Sequence record: MK675901.1
DNA from: Shewanella phage S0112
Strand: one strand, 5' to 3'
DNA length: 32,000 bases
The notes under the pieces are model-generated. The model was given only the letters and a program-made list of their open reading frames with translations. It was not told where the DNA came from and searched no databases. Below, in pieces: positions 1 through 8,041 of the stretch. Numbering within the stretch: the stretch's first letter is position 1; every line of letters begins with the position of its first letter. Both the position numbers and the translations under genes were made by a program.

Positions 1-1
1 T

Positions 2-787
2 GACCCAAGAGAGAAGGATGGAGATCTCCTTTGGCCGGAAAGATTTAGTGAAAAATCTGTTGAAGAACTCAAGAAAACCCTGCGGTCCTGGGGCGGTGGC
101 TATGCTGAGGCTGGACAACTACAGCAACGGCCAGCACCTCGCGGTGGCGGCATGTTTCAGGAGGATGACTGGGTAATTGTGGGGTCTGCCCCAGAAACAG
201 GGGTCACAGTAAGAGGGTGGGACTTCGCCGGTACAGACGAAAAAGAAAATAAGAATGCAGCATTTACTGTGGGGGCAAAAGTTCGCTATTCTCGAGGAAG
301 CCTTTATATCTTAGATATAAAAAGAAAGCAGGTTAGCCCTTCTGGCTTAGAAACTATGCTACGTCAGGCAGCACACGAGGATGGTGTCGGGTGCGTGCAA
401 GACATGCCCCAGGATCCTGGGCAAGCAGGTAAAGCCCAAAAGGTGGCACTAGGGAAACTTCTAAATGGTTTTGTTTTCCAATTTAGTCCAGAAACTGGAT
501 CTAAGGTTGATAGGGCGCAGCCTTTAGCAGCGCAAGCTGAGATTCATAACGTATTCCTAGTCAAAGGAGCTTGGAACGCTGAGTTTATCAAGGAAGCAAA
601 AATGTTCCCTAATGGCAAATTCAAGGACCAGATAGATGCCGTTTCTAGGGCTTATTCTGCATGCTTAAGAAAAGCGGTGGATAACGTCGCCGATGGGCCA
701 GAAGTAGAAGACTTAGATGCCGAGGGCGAAGTGGAAGAAGTTTATACCAAGGATGATTTCTATAGCGCATTAGATGCTTATTATTGA
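2..787 (+). CDS. terminase large subunit, C-terminal part (5' end truncated by the window)
   Basis: The frame is open from base 2 upstream of the ATG at 152 and reads ...LKKTLRSWGGGYAEAGQLQQRPAPRGGGMFQEDDW..., the typical Q-QQRP-P-GG-F junction, followed by a nuclease-like domain (VRGWDFAGTDE..., KDQIDAVSRAY). Confidence 0.9.
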   Translation, partial: DPREKDGDLLWPERFSEKSVEELKKTLRSWGGGYAEAGQLQQRPAPRGGGMFQEDDWVIVGSAPETGVTVRGWDFAGTDEKENKNAAFTVGAKVRYSRGSLYILDIKRKQVSPSGLETMLRQAAHEDGVGCVQDMPQDPGQAGKAQKVALGKLLNGFVFQFSPETGSKVDRAQPLAAQAEIHNVFLVKGAWNAEFIKEAKMFPNGKFKDQIDAVSRAYSACLRKAVDNVADGPEVEDLDAEGEVEEVYTKDDFYSALDAYY

Positions 788-848
788 TACACCCGTTTAT
801 TTTATGAAGACCTTGGGTTACAATACCCTGGACTAAATGGAGATACCT

Positions 849-2270
849 ATGTCCACAATATTCCAAAAAATTTCTTCTGTTTTCTTTGATCCGAAGTCTC
901 CTACTAATGCTCCGGAGGATTTAACTGAGGAAGAAATTCTTAATGATGAAGGTGCCCCAGGGGCTGTAATCGTTGACGGCTATTTGCAAGACGACGAGAA
1001 GAATGCCGCCGTAGCCGGACCTCTTAAGTATATCACTTACTCCAACATGCTGGCGAACACTCTTATTGTTGCTGCTGGTGTAAGGTATTTCTTAAATCTG
1101 GTCTCTAAAGCAGAATGGAAAGTGCAGCCTGCTAATGAAAGTGAAGAAGCAAAGGAACATGCTGCACGTATCACTGGAATGATGAAGAATCTTGAAACTC
1201 CCTGGCCTCGCGTGGTACGAAGAGCGGCTATGTATCGTTTCTACGGTTTCAGCCTCCAGGAATGGATTGCGATTGCAACCCCAGAAGGCTATTACATTGT
1301 GGATATAGACCCACGCCCCCAGCAAACTATTACCAAATGGAATCGGGGGCACCGAGGTAAGATTGAAAGCGTTGTACAAGAAGATCCGGCAACCTCGGAA
1401 GAGATGACCCTCCAACGCTGGAAGCTTATTTATGTAGTCGATGATAGCATCAATGATTCACCAGAAGGCGTTGGCTTATTCCGGCATATCACAAAAGCTT
1501 GTCAAAGGCTTGCCAGATACGAACAACTCGAGGGGTATGGCTTCGAGTCAGATTTGAGAGGGGTGCCTGTTGGCCGGGCTCCCTTTGCTTCTTTAAGACA
1601 GGCGGTTGAATCTGGGCTTATAACTAAAGAGCAACGGGATATGGCTGTTACCCCGTTACGTAAATTTATTACTAACCATATCAAAAATCCCTCCCTTGGA
1701 ATACTTTTAGACAGTAAGCCGTACTTAGCAACGGATGATGCCGCCACCCCAAGTCAGATGCGTCAATGGGACGTCTCCCTCTTGAAAGGGAGTCCTACCT
1801 CCCTACCAGACATGGCTAAAGCAATTGAAAGGGTAAACCGCGAAATCGCCAGGGTATTAGGGGTAGAAGGATTACTCCTTGGGGAACAAACGACTGGCTC
1901 CCATGCTTTGAGTAAAGACAAATCACGAAATATCTCTTTAATTGCGGATAGCACTTTACAGGAACTTGCTGTAACCTTCCAGCAAGATTTTATTAAGAGG
2001 CTATACCAGATAAATGGCTGGGACTTGGATTTAATGCCTTCTTTTGATACTGATTCGCTTCAGTTCAGAGATGCAACCGAAATTGCAACAGCTATTAAGG
2101 AACTTGCTGAGGCTGGCGCTCCACTAGACCCTAACGACCCAGCTACCGATGAAATTCGTGGCCTATTCGGTCTTTCACCTCAGCCGAAACTGGACGAAGC
2201 CACTGTAGCCCAACGCCGTGCAAATGGGACTCGGCGTCCCACCGCTGTAACCCAGGAGGACTTAGCATAA
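849..2270 (+). CDS. portal protein (DUF935 / Mu gp29-like family)
   Basis: About 474 aa located directly after the terminase. Contains YRFYGFSLQEWIA, NREIARVLGVEGLLLGEQTTGSHALSK and FGLSPQPK. Start taken at the internal ATG at 849 (MSTIF...); the ORF track extends to 837. Confidence 0.85.
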   Translation: MSTIFQKISSVFFDPKSPTNAPEDLTEEEILNDEGAPGAVIVDGYLQDDEKNAAVAGPLKYITYSNMLANTLIVAAGVRYFLNLVSKAEWKVQPANESEEAKEHAARITGMMKNLETPWPRVVRRAAMYRFYGFSLQEWIAIATPEGYYIVDIDPRPQQTITKWNRGHRGKIESVVQEDPATSEEMTLQRWKLIYVVDDSINDSPEGVGLFRHITKACQRLARYEQLEGYGFESDLRGVPVGRAPFASLRQAVESGLITKEQRDMAVTPLRKFITNHIKNPSLGILLDSKPYLATDDAATPSQMRQWDVSLLKGSPTSLPDMAKAIERVNREIARVLGVEGLLLGEQTTGSHALSKDKSRNISLIADSTLQELAVTFQQDFIKRLYQINGWDLDLMPSFDTDSLQFRDATEIATAIKELAEAGAPLDPNDPATDEIRGLFGLSPQPKLDEATVAQRRANGTRRPTAVTQEDLA

Positions 2271-2821
2271 TGGCTGTAATAGTAGGTACAAATAGCTATG
2301 GATCTTTAGCTGAGGCGGATGCCTATCACTCCGAGGGTATCACTGGTGCTGCCTGGGATGCTTATACAGATCCGCAGAAAGAAGCAGGGCTAGTAAGTGC
2401 CACGCGTATCCTTGAATCCGGTAGTTATCAAGGAGAAAAGGAAAATCCTACTCAAACTCTAAAATTTCCGCGCTCCGGGGTGGTATGTGGCGGGATAGCT
2501 GTAGACCCATCAGAAACCCTGGAATCTGCAAAACAGGCTGAGTTTGAGTATGCACTAATTCTATTACAGACTCCAGCCGTTGCAAATAGTTTGGTATATG
2601 GGGCAACCAATACCAAGCGGCTAAAAGCTGGATCAGCAGAAATTGAATATTTCAGGCCGCAAGAAGGAACTAAATACCCTCCAGTCATACTGCGCCTTCT
2701 TGGGTGCTATTTGTCCAGTTCTTTATCTGGGCTAGACGGCATTGGTGATACTTACGCGTCTGGTACTTGTGATGAAAGTACCTTTGATAGTGATTATTCT
2801 CGTGTAAGAGGATTTGATTAG
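2270..2821 (+). CDS. head-tail connector / head completion protein (DnaT-like SSB family often annotated at this position)
   Basis: 183 aa directly after the portal; start of the type MAVIVGTNSYGSLAEADAYH; overlaps its neighbours by one base. Confidence 0.6.
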   Translation: MAVIVGTNSYGSLAEADAYHSEGITGAAWDAYTDPQKEAGLVSATRILESGSYQGEKENPTQTLKFPRSGVVCGGIAVDPSETLESAKQAEFEYALILLQTPAVANSLVYGATNTKRLKAGSAEIEYFRPQEGTKYPPVILRLLGCYLSSSLSGLDGIGDTYASGTCDESTFDSDYSRVRGFD

Positions 2822-3189
2822 TGAGTCCGGATATTTTTGGAGCTGATATTGCTGGGTCTATCCTGGATGGGTTAGGTGGGCTTGTTTTTGATCAAATGCT
2901 GGTTAAAATTACCACCGGAAGGGACCCTTTGGATCCAACGAAAATTATACCAGTAGAAAGCCCTTACCCTTGCAAAGGGTTTATTGATAATTATGCGAAG
3001 GAAAATCGCTTCTCTCCGCAGCAAATCACTGGGGTAAAAATAGTTATCCTGGGTGCTTCACTCCCTTCAGGAATTATCCCTGAACCAGGGGATAAGATAC
3101 ATGCTGAAGGGAAGGTTTTTACTATTCAGCCAAATGATTCAGTAGTTCGAGATCCTGCTGGAGCTACTTATGAGTGTCGATCTTTATAG
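2821..3189 (+). CDS. head completion / head closure protein
   Basis: 122 aa, GTG start, in the conserved connector position; compact beta-rich sequence (GVKIVILGASLPSGIIPEPGDKIHAEGKVFTI). Confidence 0.5.
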   Translation: MSPDIFGADIAGSILDGLGGLVFDQMLVKITTGRDPLDPTKIIPVESPYPCKGFIDNYAKENRFSPQQITGVKIVILGASLPSGIIPEPGDKIHAEGKVFTIQPNDSVVRDPAGATYECRSL

Positions 3190-3638
3190 GAGGGCTTATG
3201 CCTGAAGATAAGTTCAACCAGAGCAGTAAAGTTCTTCAAAAGAACAAATTGATGCAGATCGTAGGCGGATGGTTTTCTGTCTTTAAGTTCGATGGTGAGA
3301 CTGTTCGTGATACCGATAACGAAGAAGTTGACCTGGAGAGCTATCGCGAAGCTTATCTCGATTTTACTAAGAATTACCGGAAAAGTAATTTTGATCACGA
3401 TCCCGAAACAGACGGCAATGGGGTATTAATTGATAATATCTTAATTGACTCTGAAGAAATGGCAAAAATGCTTGTTCATGAGATAACAGGTATGCCTTTC
3501 GAAGATATTGTGGTCAAGCGCCTTGGACACTTTGGAAGCTTCCAACTTGCCAAAGAGGAAGATTTTAAGGATGCTTGCGAAGGTAAATTAATGTTCAGCA
3601 TCGAAGGTGATTGCACCCGGGAGGAAATCGATGGTTAG
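3174..3638 (+). CDS. XkdF-like prohead protease domain protein (N-terminal portion)
   Basis: 154 aa with GGWFSVFKFDGETVRDTDNE, NFDHDPETDG, GHFGSFQLAKEEDFKDACEGKLMFSIEGDCTREE, typical of XkdF-type phage serine proteases. Positioned upstream of scaffold and capsid. Confidence 0.65.
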   Translation: MSIFIGGLMPEDKFNQSSKVLQKNKLMQIVGGWFSVFKFDGETVRDTDNEEVDLESYREAYLDFTKNYRKSNFDHDPETDGNGVLIDNILIDSEEMAKMLVHEITGMPFEDIVVKRLGHFGSFQLAKEEDFKDACEGKLMFSIEGDCTREEIDG

Positions 3639-4818
3639 CCCATACAATGACGGAAAGCCACGGCGCATGCATATTAAAAAGTTGACCTCAGTAGCCTTGA
3701 CCCGCTCTGGGGCAAACCAGCATGCGCACGTTACCTTTATCAAATCCAAAGAAGATCCAAAGAAAAAGAAGAAAGATCAGTATATGAAGCGCGGTGACTT
3801 GGCTGATATGCTTACTTCTGTTGAGGAAGGGCATCAGCATGGGATCCGCGTTAATTTCTATGACGACGATGCCTATATTTATGTCGACTGGGCTACCTCT
3901 GAAGGAGAGCAGTCTGGGCACAGCCATACCCTTTATATGGATGACGGTGAGCTAAAGCTAACTGTCAATGCTGGGCATACCCATACTATTGATATGTCTG
4001 GGTTACAAGAAATATTATTGAACAGGGTTGCAAAAGGGGAAGAACAGCAGGATACTATTTCACATGCGGACTTAATCGAGTCCGGAGCAGTCAAAATCGA
4101 TATATCATTATTGAAGTCGGAGGGCATTATGCCAGACACTAAGGATGAGGTAGCACGCCTCAATCAGGAGCTTACCAAGACAAAGGCTGATCTTGAGGTA
4201 GCAAATAAGGTTGCTTCTTTGTCCGATGCTGAGCGAACTGCATATCATAAGATGTCCCCAGCGGATCAAACCAACTTTTTGAATTCAGGTACCCTCGCCC
4301 GTGAAGGTATCATGAAGCAGTTGGAAGCCCTGGATCCAATCGAATACACGGCAACTAACGGTACGGAATATCGCAAGTCTGCCGGTCAAGCTGTTATCAC
4401 GATGGCTAAGCAATTCGATGAACAGGCTAAGGAGCTTGCCCTATCAAAGGCTGCTACCAAGACTGCAACGCTGGCAAAGCGTGCCACGGAAGAGCTCGGC
4501 CATCTGGCAGGGGAAGATCTGGTAAAGGCCAGTCTCCTTGGTGCCATTGACGATATTGCGGATGAAGAAATGCGCAAGAAAGTATTGGAAATGGTAAAGA
4601 GCACGGATAGCGCCGCCATGATCATTACTGGTAGCCAAGGGACATCTACGGCACCAGCTACCACCACGGTTGCCAAAACTGCTTCTGATAAGCTGGAAAC
4701 CCTGGTTAAGGCGCACATGGCGAAAGAAAAATGTTCTGAAGATGCCGCCTATGAAGCAGTTCTAATGACTGCCGAAGGTAACGATCTTTATAACGCTTCA
4801 ATTCAGCTGGCACAATAA
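3631..4818 (+). CDS. XkdF C-terminal-like segment plus scaffold-like coiled-coil protein
   Basis: Begins MVSPYNDGKPRRMHIKKLTSVALTRSGANQHAHVTFIKS (family signature VAL-GAN-HV) and continues into a charged coiled coil (LNQELTKTKADLEVANKVASLSDAE). The ATG at 3631 has GGGAGG upstream; the ORF track start is 3607. Confidence 0.65.
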   Translation: MVSPYNDGKPRRMHIKKLTSVALTRSGANQHAHVTFIKSKEDPKKKKKDQYMKRGDLADMLTSVEEGHQHGIRVNFYDDDAYIYVDWATSEGEQSGHSHTLYMDDGELKLTVNAGHTHTIDMSGLQEILLNRVAKGEEQQDTISHADLIESGAVKIDISLLKSEGIMPDTKDEVARLNQELTKTKADLEVANKVASLSDAERTAYHKMSPADQTNFLNSGTLAREGIMKQLEALDPIEYTATNGTEYRKSAGQAVITMAKQFDEQAKELALSKAATKTATLAKRATEELGHLAGEDLVKASLLGAIDDIADEEMRKKVLEMVKSTDSAAMIITGSQGTSTAPATTTVAKTASDKLETLVKAHMAKEKCSEDAAYEAVLMTAEGNDLYNASIQLAQ

Positions 4819-4829
4819 GGGGGTCTAGT

Positions 4830-5222
4830 ATGGCTGGTGCAGTAGCAAACTATGGTACCAACGACGTTCAGACCTTCAAGGCTGCCGTTGATATGGATAC
4901 CAAAACAGGTCACTTCGCTTTTCTCAACTCTTCAGGGGAGCTCGTTCTTGCCTCTGATGGCGGATTGGCGATCGGGGTCATCGTTAATGTACAAAGTGCC
5001 GGGGTTGGCGCCGATATCGGTGTTATGACCACCCCTGGCCGTAAAGTTCCAATTGTGGCTAGCGGTTCTGTTGCTGCCGGTGCTTCAATTGCTTCCAATG
5101 CCGCTGGTCGCGCTAAAACTGCAGCCGCCGGGAATGCGATCTCTGCCATCGCTTTGCAAGAAGCAACCACTGACGGTAATCTGATTACCGGGTTGTTCGG
5201 ATACTATGGCGCACAAGCATAA
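4830..5222 (+). CDS. capsid decoration protein (DUF2190-like)
   Basis: 130 aa, glycine/alanine-rich small beta protein (GELVLASDGGLAIGVIVNVQSAG...PGRKVPIVASGSVAAGASIASN) immediately upstream of the major capsid protein. Confidence 0.6.
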   Translation: MAGAVANYGTNDVQTFKAAVDMDTKTGHFAFLNSSGELVLASDGGLAIGVIVNVQSAGVGADIGVMTTPGRKVPIVASGSVAAGASIASNAAGRAKTAAAGNAISAIALQEATTDGNLITGLFGYYGAQA

Positions 5223-5232
5223 GGAGTGAATT

Positions 5233-6240
5233 ATGCCATTACCTAATACCGCTCGCGATTGGCATGTAGATCGTCCCCTGACGAACTTGTCGATCGCCTA
5301 CGCCCAGGATACCAGCAATTTTATTGCCGGTCGGGTTGGAACACCTATCCCGGTTAATTTCGAAAGTGACCAGTACCACGAATATCCACAAGGTTACTGG
5401 AACAGGGCTTTTGATACCAAGCGTTCTGAAGAATCAGTAGCTAACAGCATCAGCTACAAAGTTCGTCAGAAAAACTATAGCATCGGAGACGATGCCCTGC
5501 GCATCTTTATCTCAGATCGCAAGCGCCGTAATGCGGACAGCCAGTTTAATCTGGACCGCGAAGGTACCATGCTGGTTTCCAATGCCTTGATGATCGGTCA
5601 AGAGCTCGATTTTCGGGACAAATTCTTGACCACTGGTAAATGGACTACAGACCTGACAGGTGTAGCTGCCACTCCTGGAGCTAACGAGTTCCTGAAGTTT
5701 TCTGATGCCGGTGCTGATCCAGTAGGCGATTGGAAAAAGTTTCGTCGGGACTTCGTCCTTCGCTCTGGTGGACGGATGCCAAATGAGCTGACAATGACCC
5801 TGGACGTTTACGATACCCTGACGGAGCATCCAAGTATCAAGGATCGCATCGTAACTGGTACCGCTGACCGCCCAATCATGGTAACTCGCCAGAACCTGGC
5901 TGCTCTCTTTGAGGTTAGCCGGATTAATGTGGTACAGACCATTATTAACACTGCCGTCGATGGCATTGAAGATGCCAACGGGTTGCCTCCAGTGAACAAT
6001 GAGTTCCTGGCAAGTGGTGTTATGCTGGCAGCGTACAATGAAGCTGCTGGTGGCCTGATGTCGGCAACAGCCATTGGTAACTTTTTCATACCCGGGCTTA
6101 CCGGAGCTCGCCTCGGCCCAAGATTCCGCCGTTATCGCGGTGTCGAAGGAAAGGACGGGGAATACATTGAAGGCCAGTATCGCGTTGACCGCCGCATTGT
6201 CGCCCCGGATCTTGGGCAGCTTTGGTCAGACGTGCTGTAA
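5233..6240 (+). CDS. major capsid protein
   Basis: 335 aa, RBS AAGGAG, in the canonical order protease/scaffold/decoration/capsid; MPLPNTARDWHVDRPLTNLSIAYAQDTSNFIAGRVGTPIPV. Confidence 0.85.
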   Translation: MPLPNTARDWHVDRPLTNLSIAYAQDTSNFIAGRVGTPIPVNFESDQYHEYPQGYWNRAFDTKRSEESVANSISYKVRQKNYSIGDDALRIFISDRKRRNADSQFNLDREGTMLVSNALMIGQELDFRDKFLTTGKWTTDLTGVAATPGANEFLKFSDAGADPVGDWKKFRRDFVLRSGGRMPNELTMTLDVYDTLTEHPSIKDRIVTGTADRPIMVTRQNLAALFEVSRINVVQTIINTAVDGIEDANGLPPVNNEFLASGVMLAAYNEAAGGLMSATAIGNFFIPGLTGARLGPRFRRYRGVEGKDGEYIEGQYRVDRRIVAPDLGQLWSDVL

Positions 6241-6257
6241 CTTTGGGTGTGGGATAG

Positions 6258-6287
6258 AATGGGGGCATAATAGCCCCCATTTTTTTT
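6258..6287 (+). terminator. Rho-independent terminator (or attenuator) after the major capsid gene
   Basis: Perfect 9-bp stem AATGGGGGC (6258-6266), loop ATAATA, arm GCCCCCATT (6273-6281), then a T tract to 6287. Confidence 0.85.
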
Positions 6288-6298
6288 GAGGTAAGTAT

Positions 6299-6643
6299 AT
6301 GAACTTGCAAAAAAGAAAACGCTCTTTTAATCCTGATCAAGAATTTATTGCTAATCGGGGATTTACCTGGCATGGCAGGGAGCTTGCAAAAGGCGACAAT
6401 ATCGACCCTATCGAACTGGAGATTACCCGAATTGAATTAAGGGCACTATACCTAAGCAGATTAATTGTGGAAAAACCTCTACTTGCTGAAGGTGCCCCAG
6501 CTATTCCCGATCAAGGTGCGAAGAAAGCTCCAACTACAAAGAAAGCACCAGTTAAAAAGAAAGCGTCAACTAAGAAGCCTACCGCGCCCAAAAAAGAAGT
6601 GGATACTAAAGCAGACGCTTCTACCAAAAAGCCTTGGGAGTAA
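6299..6643 (+). CDS. hypothetical structural protein with Lys/Ala/Pro/Thr-rich C-terminal tail
   Basis: 114 aa; starts after GAGGTAAG; C-terminus GAKKAPTTKKAPVKKKASTKKPTAPKKEVDTKADASTKKPWE. Confidence 0.6.
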   Translation: MNLQKRKRSFNPDQEFIANRGFTWHGRELAKGDNIDPIELEITRIELRALYLSRLIVEKPLLAEGAPAIPDQGAKKAPTTKKAPVKKKASTKKPTAPKKEVDTKADASTKKPWE

Positions 6644-6648
6644 CCGAT

Positions 6649-7215
6649 ATGGCCCCGCGCACTGTTGACTATATCAATAAATTAATCTCAATTGTTACGC
6701 GTAGAACAAAGCTAGCTGACCAGATTTTTCGGCAGGGGGATTGGGCTTTTATCCAATTAGGTAATTATACCGAAGCTGCCCCGTTAAGTATTCTTCAAGG
6801 CGCGTCTGCCAAAATTACCTTTCAAGAAAGCGATATTTCCTTTGCCGCTGGGGAAGGGCTGGTTGTTAATTATGATCATACCAATCAGCTTTTTATGCCG
6901 ACCCAGGTAGATGACCTATTTATGGTAACTATCCGGTTTAAGGCTAAATCTTCGGCACAAAACGGATCAGGTGAGGTGGTAATTAATTCCCCTGGGGTTA
7001 TTTTTAATCCTATTGTCGGTCTTTCTTTTGGTATCCCAAAAGCCGCCGGAGTAGAACAATTTGAGACCCTAAACACCCAACTTTTTATAGGGCAGGATCT
7101 TGTTGATAACGGCTTGGAAGTGGTTGCGAAAGCTATCACTGGGGACCTATCTATTTATGATGTATCCTTCACCATCAGCCGTTTAAGTTCTGGTTGGAGG
7201 GCGGATTTTGTCTGA
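6649..7215 (+). CDS. hypothetical head/neck structural protein
   Basis: Start MAPRTVDYINKL... at 6649 (the ORF track uses a TTG at 6634). Located between capsid and neck genes; short overlap with the next ORF. Confidence 0.6.
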   Translation: MAPRTVDYINKLISIVTRRTKLADQIFRQGDWAFIQLGNYTEAAPLSILQGASAKITFQESDISFAAGEGLVVNYDHTNQLFMPTQVDDLFMVTIRFKAKSSAQNGSGEVVINSPGVIFNPIVGLSFGIPKAAGVEQFETLNTQLFIGQDLVDNGLEVVAKAITGDLSIYDVSFTISRLSSGWRADFV

Positions 7216-7588
7216 AACAACCAAAGTCTTAAGGGAGCTTAATACCTTTATTGCTAAAAAAGCAGTTGATATAACTGCCAGCGTAACCGGTTTCCTCCAA
7301 GAAGATACGCCGAAGCTAACAGAGCACGCTGCTTCAAACTGGATTCCAACAATTGGGTCTCCACATCCATCCCCGGCAGGAACCAGGCAAGCAGTAAGCT
7401 ACACTGAGCAAGCCCAAGGATTATCTAATATTGAGAAGTACAAAATTGACCTTTTTAAGCGGCCAGAGCTCCTATATGTAACAAATAATGTCTATTATAT
7501 CCTGTCTCTGAATAATGGGTCTTCTTCGAAAGCTCCTGCCGGATTTGTCCAAACAGATATTGCTAAGGCTGTATTGGCTAATATATAA
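7208..7588 (+). CDS. neck / head-tail joining protein (HK97 gp10-like)
   Basis: 126 aa; NNVYYILSLNNGSSSKAPAGFVQTDIAKAV resembles the N-x-x-Y...L--G-S--APAG-V motif of gp10-type proteins. Confidence 0.6.
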   Translation: MSETTKVLRELNTFIAKKAVDITASVTGFLQEDTPKLTEHAASNWIPTIGSPHPSPAGTRQAVSYTEQAQGLSNIEKYKIDLFKRPELLYVTNNVYYILSLNNGSSSKAPAGFVQTDIAKAVLANI

Positions 7589-7607
7589 TCAGTAAAAAGG
7601 TGGACCA

Positions 7608-8030
7608 ATGACGACTTTAAACCAGGCACGCAAGGCTATTTACAATCGCTTTATAGCGGCTTGGGGGTCGACCACCGAATTTGTACTATACCCAGAAGTG
7701 TATAAAGGCGGGGATGAAACAGCAGACCAAGAATGGGTAGCTGTTTCGACAAGACACCTTCCCACACCGCCTGCAACTCTTGGAAGAAAGACTACCAGGA
7801 GATTTACCCGCTCTGGAATAATCTTTATTCAGGTCTTTACTCCAAGGAATATAGGAACAAGCCGAATAGAAGAACTATGCGAAATAGCTAAAGAAATTTT
7901 CGAGGGGGTCAGGTTTGACGGCGTATGGACTAATCAAGTAACGATTAGCGAAGAAGACCCAGATGCCTCCGCTCAAAAGAATCTTTATTATTTAGTTCAA
8001 TGCCAATTCAATTATGAAGAGGTTAAATAA
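7608..8030 (+). CDS. tail terminator-like protein
   Basis: 140 aa; RKAIYNRFIAAW...RSGIIFIQVFTPRNIG...EIAKEIFEGV; located directly upstream of the tail tube gene. Confidence 0.6.
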   Translation: MTTLNQARKAIYNRFIAAWGSTTEFVLYPEVYKGGDETADQEWVAVSTRHLPTPPATLGRKTTRRFTRSGIIFIQVFTPRNIGTSRIEELCEIAKEIFEGVRFDGVWTNQVTISEEDPDASAQKNLYYLVQCQFNYEEVK

Positions 8031-8041
8031 GGAGTTACCAC

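Noticed and set aside
788-836. Short inverted repeat GGGT-TACAAT-ACCC between terminase and portal genes.
   Set aside because: Only a 4-bp stem, expected by chance.
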